A model generated the notes under the pieces. That model was given only the letters and a program-made list of their open reading frames with translations, was not told the DNA's origin and searched no databases. This document shows positions 13,930 to 25,620 of a stretch of DNA of 64,000 nucleotides, piece by piece. The translations under genes and the position numbers were made by a program. This DNA is from Eledone cirrhosa. Lineage: Eukaryota. The stretch spans positions 225,432,001-225,496,000 of the forward strand of contig OZ024741.1 in NCBI GenBank assembly GCA_964016885.1. The letters run 5' to 3'. Each line of letters starts with the position of its first letter. Position 1 is the stretch's first letter.

Positions 13930-14376
13930 TTAAAATGTATGATAAACACGAAATTTGTTTATATTGCAACAGACAAAGTTAGCTATTAATGAAATAAACT
14001 AATTAAAGTGAATACAATTTGTCTGTCTCGATATAAGTCAATAAAGACAAGCTTATATTGGCAACGGCCATGGTTCCTGGACAGAAAAAATATAGAGAAT
14101 CGAAATGGAATATTCGATTGTCTTTATTTTTCAATTCACATACCACCGTTGCGAAACTTATTTAGGTTTCGAGGTTCAAATTCGTCTACAGAACAGGTTT
14201 GAATTTTGAAATTTAAATCTGTCCAGGAATCATGGCCGTTGCCAATATAAGCTTGTCTTTATTGACTTGTATCGAGACAGACAAATTGTATTCACTTTAA
14301 TTAGTTTATTTCATTAATAGCTAACTTTGTCTGTTGCAATATAAACACATTTCGTGTTTATCATATATTTTAAATG
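13927..14376. mobile_element. MITE/foldback element with ~158-bp TIRs and TA flanks
   Basis: 13927-14084 is the near-perfect reverse complement of 14218-14376; TA on both sides. Confidence 0.85.
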
Positions 14377-14451
14377 TATTTAACTGCTCGGAAGAGCCCC
14401 TTCCTGGAGCTTAATTATTGTAAACGACTGAGAGTTTATTCTCAAAATATA

Positions 14452-14456
<5 letters not shown>

Positions 14457-14529
<73 letters not shown>

Positions 14530-14623
14530 CGTATATATATATACACACACACACACGCGTACATACATACACCTACATATACACATATACACACATGCAC
14601 ATATATACATATATATATACTTA

Positions 14624-14656
<33 letters not shown>

Positions 14657-14663
14657 TTATATA

Positions 14664-14751
<88 letters not shown>

Positions 14752-14765
14752 CATATATATATATT

Positions 14766-14804
<39 letters not shown>

Positions 14805-14809
14805 TTATA

Positions 14810-14840
<31 letters not shown>

Positions 14841-14845
14841 TTATA

Positions 14846-14876
<31 letters not shown>

Positions 14877-14908
14877 TTATATATGCATATATATATATAT
14901 ATATATAT
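14457..14908. repeat. (TA)n microsatellite
   Basis: Direct inspection. Confidence 0.95.
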
Positions 14909-15216
14909 GTTTATAGATATGATTATCGTTTTCAAGACATATCTTCATACTCTGAAGAAATGCGTTGAAAACGATAAACATATCTGAGGACTTTGCGAGT
15001 GCAGAATCAGGTCCGATCTGTATTAGATCCTGCCTTGAGCTGATCGTCGGAGAAACATATGTAATATGTTAATAAATTGTGTTTTAATGCATTTCTGATT
15101 CCTCGATATCTATAAGTATATACTCTGCTCCGCGTGAGCATCGAATGCTCCAACAGCTTACCGCCTACGGACACATTTATCGCAACCTTATAACAACAAC
15201 TATATATATATATATA

Positions 15217-18200
15217 TAAAAGTGAAAAATAACATGGTTGACAGTAGAAACAAGGAAATTTATTTACAGTCTTACAATTGTTTCCATGATAGAATTGTCT
15301 ATAAATTGCTAAATACTGGAGACAATATAACTCAATTTACAATACATCCAAGTACAATCATTTCATCAGAGACTATTAAGAAATATAAAATATATGCGTA
15401 ACGGTAAACTTAAAAATTCAAATTACTACATCAATAATAGTATCAATGATAAATAAATAAAGGAAGGGGGACAAATGGAAATGAGAGAGAAAGAAAGAAA
15501 ATGACGAAAGAAGGAACGAAGATATAGTTAAATGTATAACCGGCAAAAGTTACGAAATCAAACTATCACATCAAAACAAATATAATTTTAATAATAATAA
15601 AGATATATATAGAAAGAGAGAAGGGGGGGGGGGTATAGCATAGGCAAAGGGGAAGGATAAGTAAGGAAGATGAGAAAGAAATAGAGGAAGATTAAGAAGG
15701 ATGAGGGAGCAGAGGAGGATAGAAATTAATCATGAATATGGGGATATGAAGAAGAGAGAAAAGAAAATACGGACGAATATACATTACTATGTAAAATAGC
15801 TAGTTTGAGATGTATTATATTATAGGATAAAATTATCAAGATAAAGTATGTTTAAGTGGAGAAATACAAAGACAAATGGTGAAAGGGTTATATATATGAG
15901 ATAATAAATGATGTAAGCACAAATAAAAATAAAAATAATGATGTTAATACAAATGTTTTTAAGTTATTCTTACGTAATTATGAAGCTTGTGATAATTTGA
16001 TATCGTAATAAGTGCTAAAAGTATAAAAAGGAATAAGGAGTAGAAAATGGAGTTAAGTTGGTCTAAAGTTCAGGAACTTCGATGCTGATTAGTGCCGGCA
16101 AAAGATAGTTCGCTCAATTCAGCTGTTAAGAAGGATTTTGCTAAAATTAAGAATTTGGAAGAGCTCCATATTACAGAGCCTACAATGGGACATACCAGTT
16201 TAATAGGCTTTAGCAGCTGATAGTATTTTCCAGCTGATCTCGTATTTAATGCCTGCAATCTTGAGTTGCCATATTTTATTGGCAAAGGTTGTTACATTTG
16301 ATTGATTCTTATTAATCATAGAATGTCTGTGCACGTATCGCCGTTTTTTTTAAAACACCAGCTATGGAACCATGCCAAGCTATCTGAGTTGATAGTACAC
16401 AAGTATACTACGTTTTTCTCAAGGCATCTGTTTAGTAGAGCGAAACTGTCGGGTAAGTGGCAATTGCATAGAAATGCCTTCCTATGCGCCGGTTCTACTA
16501 TATGATTTTGAAGATTGTTATGTATGGGCTGCGAATTAAGTTTGTTGGTGTATTGTGATGGTGTTCTTTGGCGTGTATTTGGTTGCGATGATGTAATGTG
16601 TGTGTTCTGTATTTGGTGATATGGAACTTATCTGGGGGCTACATTGATTATGGATTCTTATGTAGTTAATTTTGTGAATGTGCGATTCTATGTTGTTAGC
16701 AGTGGAGTATGATAGATAGTTTTTCTATTAAAGATTTTATGATATTTATGTATTTTAGGGAAGTGTTTGTCAACTAATTAAAAGAAAGTGAGAGGAAGCT
16801 TAGTTTTAATAGAGGAGTTAAACATTGGATTAAACCATAAGTAGTTTCTATTTCTGTATCTCCTATGTCCGCTAGTGGTATTAGAATTAGCATTGTGTTT
16901 ATTTAAATTAGGTATATGCTGCCTATTTATGCGTTTAGACCTAGGTTTGTTGATTCTATGGTTGTGGGATGTATCGTTAACATTAAGTGTCTTGTTATTT
17001 TTTGTATCAGGTATGTATTTGAGTCGTTCTTTATGGCCTGCCTTAAGTAAAGCTAAGTTGTACTAGCTAGCGTGTTCATTAAAACTTTCATGGTTAGAGG
17101 ATAGGCGCGAGAATCGAAGGGATATACTATGCGCTATGGAGTTAATATGGATCTAGGATGGTTCGAGTTATAGTCAATGTAAGCTAAATTTTCATTATTT
17201 TTATGGAAGGGTTCTATTAGTCCTGCGTTAAGGTTAAACGATACGTTCAAGAAGTTGACTTTTTTAGAGTTGGGTTCAAAAGTAATGCTTAGGCCTAAGT
17301 TATTAAAGAATTTTCTAATCTTCTTCCTTAATCTTTCTAAGTTTTGGCTATTTACGTTTCTAGGTAAAAGTAGAGTATCATCTCTATAGATTCCACCTTG
17401 TAAGTTACCAAATTTCCTATGTAAGAAATATGCTATATAAATTCCAACCAAGTCTGTGATCTGGGCTGAGTCGTTCGATCCCATAGTAATATCGAAGTTA
17501 TTCAGTCTATTTTTTTCTCTCCCAGCAGTTGTTGTCGAATTTAATGATAGTTCGTCTAGCGGCTAGTATTATTTTAATTTCATCTGCTGAAAGATCCGAA
17601 TGATTTTGGGCAAAGGATAATGCCTTATTAAGGGTGACTGGGGAGATAGAAGAGTAGTAGTCATTTATGTCAAATTGTTTAAAGTCGGACGATTCTTTAT
17701 TGTCTAATGAGTTGAACCAGTCTATTGCTTCACTTGTGTAACCCCAGAGCTTGATAGTTAGTTGTTTCTTAATTTGTGGTAATATTCCATCTAGTATAAA
17801 CTTACTAATTCTACCTATATCTGATTTTGAAGGACATATCAATCTAATAGTAGGGTTGGTTTCGAAGTTACATTTATGATCTTTCAGATTAGAAGTGGGT
17901 TCACAAGGTGTAAGAGGCTCGGTTCTATCGGATATTTTAATTTTTTTTACTATGTTAAGACCTTCTATGTTAATGGTGTTAAGTGTAGACTCTGTAGTTT
18001 TCTTGTATTTTTTATGTAATTTGAGGCGTATAAAATTGTTGTATATGGTGTATATTGTTGTATATGGTGTATATTAGATGTTTTATCTGCTTTTACAATG
18101 ATACCATTAGTGGCACATAATTTTCTTATAAGTACATTGATGTTGTTCTGTAGTTTGTTGTGGTGGGTACGTTTTTTTAATTAAATTTCCTTTATCATGT

Positions 18201-18835
18201 TCATGAGAGCAAGTTCAAAGGCATCAAGATGTGGATTGCCTGGTGGGTTTTTGCAGGATTTGAATCCATATTTTTCGCTGGTAGATCCGTTAATTCGATC
18301 ACTATTATTATGTCCTTTATCGTAATGATATGCTTTACATCTGATTCCACGGATAAAGTCATTAGTTCTTTGTATCATACCGAACATATATTCTTTATTT
18401 GTAGGTATAGGTATGTTTTTTAAGGACATACCTATATAGTGTTTTTCCATGTTAATGCCGTGCGCAAAATTGGTTGCTCAACCCGATGGGAGCTTGGTAT
18501 GTAGGATAACGATAAATCGTTAAAGGTAATCCGATAAGAGTCTATAAAAACTACTTATTATGGACAGTTTAAGCGTACGGTGCTGTGTGACTCAACAAGA
18601 GGTTTACGTTGGTGACGATTTTATGACTTCGCTTGTATTCCTATGTAAATATATCTTGGAGTAATAAAAAAGTGAAGAATAACATGGTTGACAGTACAAA
18701 CAAGGAAATTTATTTGCAGTCTTACAATTGTTTCCATGATTGATTGAACTTGGATGTATTGTAAATTGAGTTATACTTTCTCCAGTATTTCGCAATTTAT
18801 AGGCAATTCTATCATGGAAACAATTGTAAGACTGT
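15217..18835 (-). mobile_element. Penelope-like retroelement 2 (decayed RT + GIY-YIG) with terminal repeat and inverted 5' tail
   Basis: ORF pieces 18181-18450, 17507-17842 (FDINDYY), 17134-17484 (TMGSNDSAQITDLVG, YRDD) are homologous to PLE1; EN remnant ~16080-16470; 15217-15290 is repeated at 18667-18740 and then inverted. Confidence 0.9.
15268..15374 (-). ncRNA. Hammerhead ribozyme with ~70-nt stem II loop in PLE2 terminal repeat
   Basis: agtct-CTGATGA-a-atgat-[long loop]-atcat-g-GAAAC-aatt-GTA-agact; palindromic ACAATTGT stem III. Confidence 0.8.
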
Positions 18836-19021
18836 CAGTTTTTTGAACGATTGAAGGTATATACTTTCCTTATGCATATCAACGGCTGAGCAGCCTAATT
18901 TGCATATCGAGTGAGTTAGTCGGCCGGGGGTACCGAAAGCACTAAATGGAAAAAATAAAATTTCATTTCTCACTCTTAGTACGGCTGATACTTAAATATA
19001 ATCAACTGACAGGAAGGTATA

Positions 19022-19062
19022 CGGTGCTGATGACAGCTAATAAGCTAGAAACTAGTTCATCG
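19022..19062 (+). ncRNA. Minimal type I hammerhead ribozyme
   Basis: cggtg-CTGATGA-c-agct-aata-agct-a-GAAAC-ta-GTT-catcg. Confidence 0.8.
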
Positions 19063-19441
19063 TTCCTTTGTCAGTGTTGAACAAAAGGGCAATGATGGTC
19101 GCCGAACTCTGTACGGCTTAATTCGGGCTGTTTGTTTACAAACAAACCGAACATTATAATAAATGTTCGGTAAACCTATACGTACACATATATATATGTG
19201 TGTATGTATGTATATACATCCTACTGTACGTCTGTATACATATATGTATGTACGTATACATACTTATATTTAAGTATCAGCCATACTAAGAGTGAGAAAT
19301 GAAATTTCATGTTTGCATTTATCGTTTTCGGTACGCCCGGTCGACTAACTCACTCGATATGCAAATTAGGCTGCTCAGGCGTTAATACGCATAAGGAAAG
19401 TATATACTTTCAAACGTTCAATCAACTGACAGGAAGGTATA

Positions 19442-19482
19442 CGGTGCTGATGACAGCTAATAAGCTAGAAACTAGTTCATCG
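19442..19482 (+). ncRNA. Minimal type I hammerhead ribozyme (second tandem copy)
   Basis: Identical to 19022-19062. Confidence 0.8.
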
Positions 19483-19697
19483 TTCCTTTGTCAGTGTTGA
19501 ACAAAAGGGTAACGATGGTTTGCGAACACTGTATGGCTTAATTCGGGCTGTTTGTTTACAAACACACCGAGCATTATAATAAATGTTCGGTAAACCCATA
19601 CGTACATATATATATGTGTGCATGTATGTATATATATACACATACTACTGTACGTTTGTATACATATATGTATGTACGTATACATACTTATACACAC

Positions 19698-19808
<111 letters not shown>

Positions 19809-19932
19809 AAAGTATGTCCATAGAATCATTTGATAAAATATATACATTATTTCATCTCCCAATCAGCATATATATATATATATATGTGTGAAAAAGAACA
19901 AAGGAACTATTATGACATTATAACAAGTTTAT

Positions 19933-19979
19933 TGCCGACAGCCGTTTCGTCCGACCCCATGGTGGGACTTATCAAGGCA
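19933..19979 (-). ncRNA. Hammerhead ribozyme, U3-A8 core variant
   Basis: tgcc-TTGATAA-gtcc-caccatggggtc-ggac-GAAAC-ggct-GTC-ggca. Confidence 0.78.
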
Positions 19980-20109
19980 TAAAAAGAACCCCCCTTAGAA
20001 TATTGACCACAACTATACAAGCGGAGTTGCTGATGTATACAACAATTTCAAACTGCTAGCCTTGAGTGATACGTTGATGTAAACAATGATCTTGCAATCA
20101 CATGTTATA

Positions 20110-20152
20110 TGCCTTGATAAGTCCATGGGGTCGGACGAAACGGCTGTCGGCA
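20110..20152 (+). ncRNA. Hammerhead ribozyme, U3-A8 core variant
   Basis: tgcc-TTGATAA-gtcc-atggggtc-ggac-GAAAC-ggct-GTC-ggca, followed directly by AATAAA. Confidence 0.78.
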
Positions 20153-20337
20153 ATAAACTTGTTATAATGACATAATAGTTCCTTTGTTCTTTTTCACTAA
20201 TATTTCTGCTCTGCGTATACGCATAGAGCTTAACTAGTTACCGTCACATATTTGGTAAGTCAGACGTGATCATCGCGATTCACATACGACCTACCATACA
20301 TCTTACTTATATATATATATATATATAGAAAGGATAA

Positions 20338-20407
<70 letters not shown>

Positions 20408-20436
20408 TGTGTGTGTGTGCATGTGCGATCAAAAAG

Positions 20437-21238
20437 AAGAGCTCAGGTTTCCTTTTCCTTCGAGCACATAATTTACAGGGAATAATGCAAGTCTTTGACT
20501 CCGTTAATATTTGTATATTTTGCTACTTATAACAGTCTGTCCCCTCTGTTTGGTTGAGCACTTTTCTTTGAGTGGTTTCGGGCTGCCATTTCTAGCAGCT
20601 CGTCCGTCAAGGGCCGCTGGTTCACTGTCCCACGCATGCTATCATTTCTCTCTACTGCGTGGTGTAGGACGGTTATCTTAAGTATTTTAGAGTTGTCTGG
20701 AATCTATATACTAAGCACACACTGATGACCCATTGGTATTTACATTCCAGTCGGCGGTGGATTGGCAGTATCGGTAGAGGGTCGGACGCCATGCTTTCAA
20801 GCATAGTTACGTCCCTTTACGATCTGAGTTCAAATCCCGCCGAGGTTGACTTTGCCTTTCATCCTTACGGGGTCGATAAAATAAAGTACCAGTAATGCAC
20901 TGGGTAATTGCTGGCCTTGTGCCTAAAGTAGAAACAGGTATTTACATTCCAGTCAATAATATAGTGTCGAAACGAATCCTTTTGGATTTGTACGTGTGTG
21001 ATATATAGTTATAGAGGTGATTTATATTTTTAATTATTATCTGTATACCGTACCTTCCATAGTTTATAGATTCCATACACTGGTGGTTTCCCTGGTTTTT
21101 GATCGCCCACACACACTCTCTCTCTATCTAGTGTGTTATCCTTTCTACACATTGTATTTTGAAGAGCTCAGGATTCCTTTTCCTTTGAGCACATAATTTA
21201 CAGGGAATAACGCAAGTCTTTGACTCCGTTAATATTTG
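20437..21238 (+). mobile_element. Terminally redundant non-coding hammerhead element (~520-bp unit after removing the SINE)
   Basis: ~78-bp direct repeats at ~20437-20513 and 21161-21238 around an HHR (CTGATGA at 20722; GAAAC-gaatcc-tttt-ggattt-GTA at 20969-20992). Confidence 0.7.
20753..20936 (+). mobile_element. Full-length SINE family A, 18-bp TSD
   Basis: GGTATTTACATTCCAGTC duplicated at 20735-20752 and 20937-20954. Confidence 0.95.
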
Positions 21239-21239
21239 G

Positions 21240-21319
<80 letters not shown>

Positions 21320-21321
21320 GT

Positions 21322-22627
21322 GTAAGTATGTATGTATTATACGTACATACATATATGTATACAGACGTACAGTAGTATGTATATATATACATACATGCAC
21401 GCATATATATATATGCACGTATCGGTTTACCGAACATTTATTATAATGCTCGGTTTGTTTGTCTGTAAACAAACAAACAGCCCGAATTACGCCGTACAGT
21501 GTTTAGGCAACCACGTCACCCTTTTGTTCAACACTGACACAGGAACGATGTACTAGTTTCAAGCTTATTAGCTATCGTCAGCATCGTATACCTTCCTGCC
21601 AGATGGTTGAACGTCTGAAAGTATATACTTTCCTTATGCATATTAACGGCTGAGCAGCCTAATTTGCATATCGAGTGAGTTCAGTCGGCCGGACACACCC
21701 AAAACGATAAATGGAATAGAATGAAACGAAATTTCAATCCTCACTCTTAGTACGGCACTTACTTAAATGTCAGTATGCATGTATGTATACGTACATACAA
21801 ATATGTATACAGACGTACAGTAGTATGTATATATATACATACATGCACACATATATATATATGCACGTATCGGTTTACCGAACATTTATTATAATGCTCG
21901 GTTTGTTTGTTTGTAAACAAACAAAAAGGTGACGTGGTTGCCTAAACACAGTACGGCGTAATTCGGGCTCTTTGTTTGTTTACAAACAAACCGAGCATTA
22001 TAATAAATGTTCGGTAAACCGATACGTGCATATATATATGTGTGCATGTATGTATATATATACATACTAATGTACGTCTGTATACATATTTGTATGTACG
22101 TATACATACATACATACTTACATTAAAATAAGTGCCGTACTAAGAGTGAGAAATAAAATTTCGTTTCATTCTATACCATTTATCGTTTTCGGTGTCCGGC
22201 CGACTTAACTCACTCGATATGCAAATTAGGCTGCTCAGCCGTTAATATGCACAAGGAAAGTATATACTTTCAGCCGTTCAACCATCTGGCAGGAAGGTAT
22301 ACGATGCTGACGATAGCTAATAAGCTTGAAACTAGTACATCATTCCTGTGTCAGTGTTGAACAACAAGGTGACATGGCTGCCTAAACACTGTACGGCGTT
22401 ATTCGGGCTGTTTGTTTACAAGCAAACAAACCGAGCATTATAATAAATGCTCGGTAAACCGATACGTGCATATATATATATATGTGTGCATGTATGTATA
22501 TATATACATACTACTGTACGTCTGTATACATATATGTATGTACGTATACATACATACATACTTACATTTAAGTAAGTGCCGTACTAAGAGTGAGAAATGA
22601 AATTTCGTTTCATTCTATTCCATTTAT
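21322..22627. mobile_element. Further copies of the 420-bp retrozyme-like family in inverted (head-to-head) arrangement
   Basis: Minus-strand copy ~21322-21910 with HHR 21546-21586; plus-strand copy ~21925-22627 with HHR 22302-22342 (cgatg-CTGACGA-tagct-aata-agctt-GAAAC-ta-GTA-catc). Confidence 0.85.
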
Positions 22628-22637
22628 ATATATATAT

Positions 22638-22661
22638 ATATTACACTTATATGTATGTATA

Positions 22662-22693
<32 letters not shown>

Positions 22694-22893
22694 ACACTTA
22701 TATGTATGTATATATATATATATAAATAAATATATATATATATATTTATATATATATTACACTTATATGTATGTATATATATATATATATTACACTTATA
22801 TGTATGTATATATATATATACATATATTACACTTATATGTATGTATATATATATATATATTACACTTATATGTATGTATATATATATATATAA

Positions 22894-22983
<90 letters not shown>

Positions 22984-23002
22984 CACTTATATGTATGTAT
23001 AT
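22638..23002. repeat. Minisatellite TATTACACTTATATGTATG separated by variable (TA)n
   Basis: About 7 copies visible. Confidence 0.85.
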
Positions 23003-23360
23003 ACATATGTGTGTGTGTATGTGTGTGTGTGTGTATGTGTATGTATGTGTGTATAATCACTATATATCATCATTAGAGCTATAATTGTTATTGTGCCGCA
23101 TACGAATTTTATTTATTTTCTTATCTCATCCCTTTCTCATTTGGAGCAGAACAACAGGCATGTTTGGCCAACAAACATATTTTTAGAAAACTTCATTACT
23201 GAAAATTAAATCAAACTTTCAAAGAATGGATTCAGCCAGCTAAGAATTGAAGATAAGGACAAACATGTTAATCTCTCACTTACATTAATCTTTTTAGTAT
23301 GTACTCTATTCATTTTTTTAAAAACCACTCTACTACAATACTAACTTATACATTCTTATA

Positions 23361-23598
23361 ACAAAACAGCAACAGCAGCAGCATCAACAACAACAGCAAC
23401 ACCAATAGCAACAACAACAACAACAACAACAGCAATATCATCATCAACAACAACAGCAGCAGCAGCAGCAGCAGCAGCAGGAACAGCAACAACAACAACA
23501 ACAACAACAGCAACAACAACAACTGCAACAGCAACAACAACTACAACAACAAGTACAACAACAACATCAACAACATCAACAACAACAGCAGCAGCAGC

Positions 23599-23629
<31 letters not shown>

Positions 23630-24182
23630 GCTGCAACAACAACTGCAACAACAACAACAACAGCAACAACAACAACAGCAACAACAACAACAGCAACAAC
23701 AACCGCAACAACAACAACAGCAACAACAACAGTAACAATAGCAACAACAACAGCAACAACAACAGTAACAATAGCAACTACAACAGCAACAACAGCAACA
23801 ACAACAACAGCATCAGAAACAACAACATCAACACCAACAGTAACAACAACACCAACAGCAACAGTAGCAACAATAACAGTAACAACAACACCAACAGCAA
23901 CAGCAGCAACAATAACAGTAACAACAACGACAGCAACAACAGCAATAGCAACAACAGCAACTACAACAACAGCAACAGCAACAACAACAACAATAGCAAC
24001 AACAACAACAATAGCAACAACAACAACAACAACACCAACAGCAACAACAATAATAATAGTAACAACAACAACAACAGCAACAACAACAGCAGCAACAACG
24101 ACTACAACAACAGCAACAACAACAACACTAACAACAGCACCAGCAACAACATCAACAGCAACAACAACAACAACAACAACAA
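23361..24182. repeat. ~820-bp (CAA/CAG)n trinucleotide tract
   Basis: Direct inspection; no ATG-led ORF on the plus strand. Confidence 0.95.
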
Positions 24183-24665
24183 ATATCAGTGTTATATGTT
24201 CTATAACTCTACAGCTAATGTTTTCCCCTTTTCGTTACAATACCTCACGTGTTTATTGATTAAAAAAACTATTGAAAAGAAAATGGTGAGTGTAATTTTT
24301 TAGACTTAAATTTGATGTTTAAATTATGCAAAGATAAATTGATGGGGAATAGATTCCGAAACGAGCGTCTTATTTGTATTGTGAAATTGATCGTCGGCAG
24401 ATAAGACGTGAAAAGACAATTCAGATCTGGGCAGGCTTTAAAAGAGTGATCTCTATATTACAATATATAATGGTGCAACATATGTAAACGACATGACATT
24501 ACCGATAAACAATTAGAAAGAACTGTTTCAGGAGATAGGGGGTGGGGCGACACACAGAGAGAGAATTCAGGAAGCTGTGTGGGCTTTGACATGTGCGTGA
24601 AATTAAGTGAATTATCGACATCATAGACATAACCATTTATATATATGGAAGTTGAGGACAAGTTG

Positions 24666-24829
24666 AGCAAAAATTGAAAATTAGAATTGTCCTCTGAAAT
24701 AGCGATGTATATATGAATGTATATATAGTAGATTTGGCAATATGCTGTGTATATTGCCAAATATACTATATATACATTCATATATACATCGCTATTTCAG
24801 AGCACCAATTCCAATTTTCAATTTTTGCT
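24666..24829. repeat. Near-perfect palindrome (~78-bp arms, ~6-nt loop)
   Basis: agcaaaaattgaaaatt...tttggcaatat gctgtgt atattgccaaa...aattttcaatttttgct. Confidence 0.9.
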
Positions 24830-25092
24830 GGACCGGCAACCGCTCTGTATAATCAGTTCCTGATTATTACTGGAATTCTATAAGAATCCAACATTTATAA
24901 TTTTCAACATATAATTTATGATTATTAGTTGTTGCAAATTTGTTCATAATATAATATTTTTCTTCTGTTATAAGTAGATAAATAAATAGATAAATAAATA
25001 AATAAATAAATAAATAGATGGGTATATCATGTTATAGATAATTGTAGTATGTATATATATATACATACATGCACACATACATACATTCACGT

Positions 25093-25303
25093 ATAAGCTT
25101 GAAACTAGTACAGCGTTCCTTTGTCAGTGTTGAATAAATGAGCAACGATGGTTGCTAGACACTGTACGGCTTAATTCGGGATGTTTGTTTACAAACACAC
25201 CGAGCATTATAATAAATATTCGGTGAATCCATACGTGCATGTATGTATATGTATATACATACTACTGTGCGTCTGTATACATGTATGTATGTGCGTATAC
25301 ATG

Positions 25304-25305
<2 letters not shown>
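25093..25305 (+). mobile_element. Truncated copy of the 420-bp family starting inside the HHR
   Basis: ataagcttGAAACtaGTAcagcgttcctttgtcagtgttgaa... matches 22320-22560. Confidence 0.75.
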
Positions 25306-25362
<57 letters not shown>

Positions 25363-25509
25363 AGGAGTTGACGGACGCAGCATATTTATCAATGCCAGGA
25401 CCGGTTGTATCTCTACGTACTCAATAGGCAATGTAAGATACATTCCCAGAGTATACACATAGTTATTCGCTTCAACACAACACACGTAAAACGCGTGCCT
25501 ATAATAGTT

Positions 25510-25620
25510 CCCGGACTCAAGTTTCGGCCACGTTTAATGCAGCAGCAGGCTGCACTGCACCCCCTGTATGCATATATTATGCAACAATGCATAATCGGCG
25601 TATGTGGCTTCATCAGCGGG
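25510..25620 (-). ncRNA. Hammerhead ribozyme with long structured stem II insertion
   Basis: cccg-CTGATGA-a-gccac-[~70 nt]-gtggc-c-GAAAC-ttga-GTC-cggg. Confidence 0.75.

Larger units (their letters stand above)
18836..19690 (+). mobile_element. Retrozyme-like 420-bp tandem unit with hammerhead and inverted 5' segment
   Basis: 19001-19420 repeats from 19421 (exact 420-bp period at the HHR); 18836-19000 is the reverse complement of ~19263-19428; no ORF. Confidence 0.85.
19888..20197. mobile_element. Inverted-repeat element (~92-bp arms), each arm carrying a hammerhead
   Basis: 19888-19981 is the reverse complement of 20108-20197. Confidence 0.85.
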
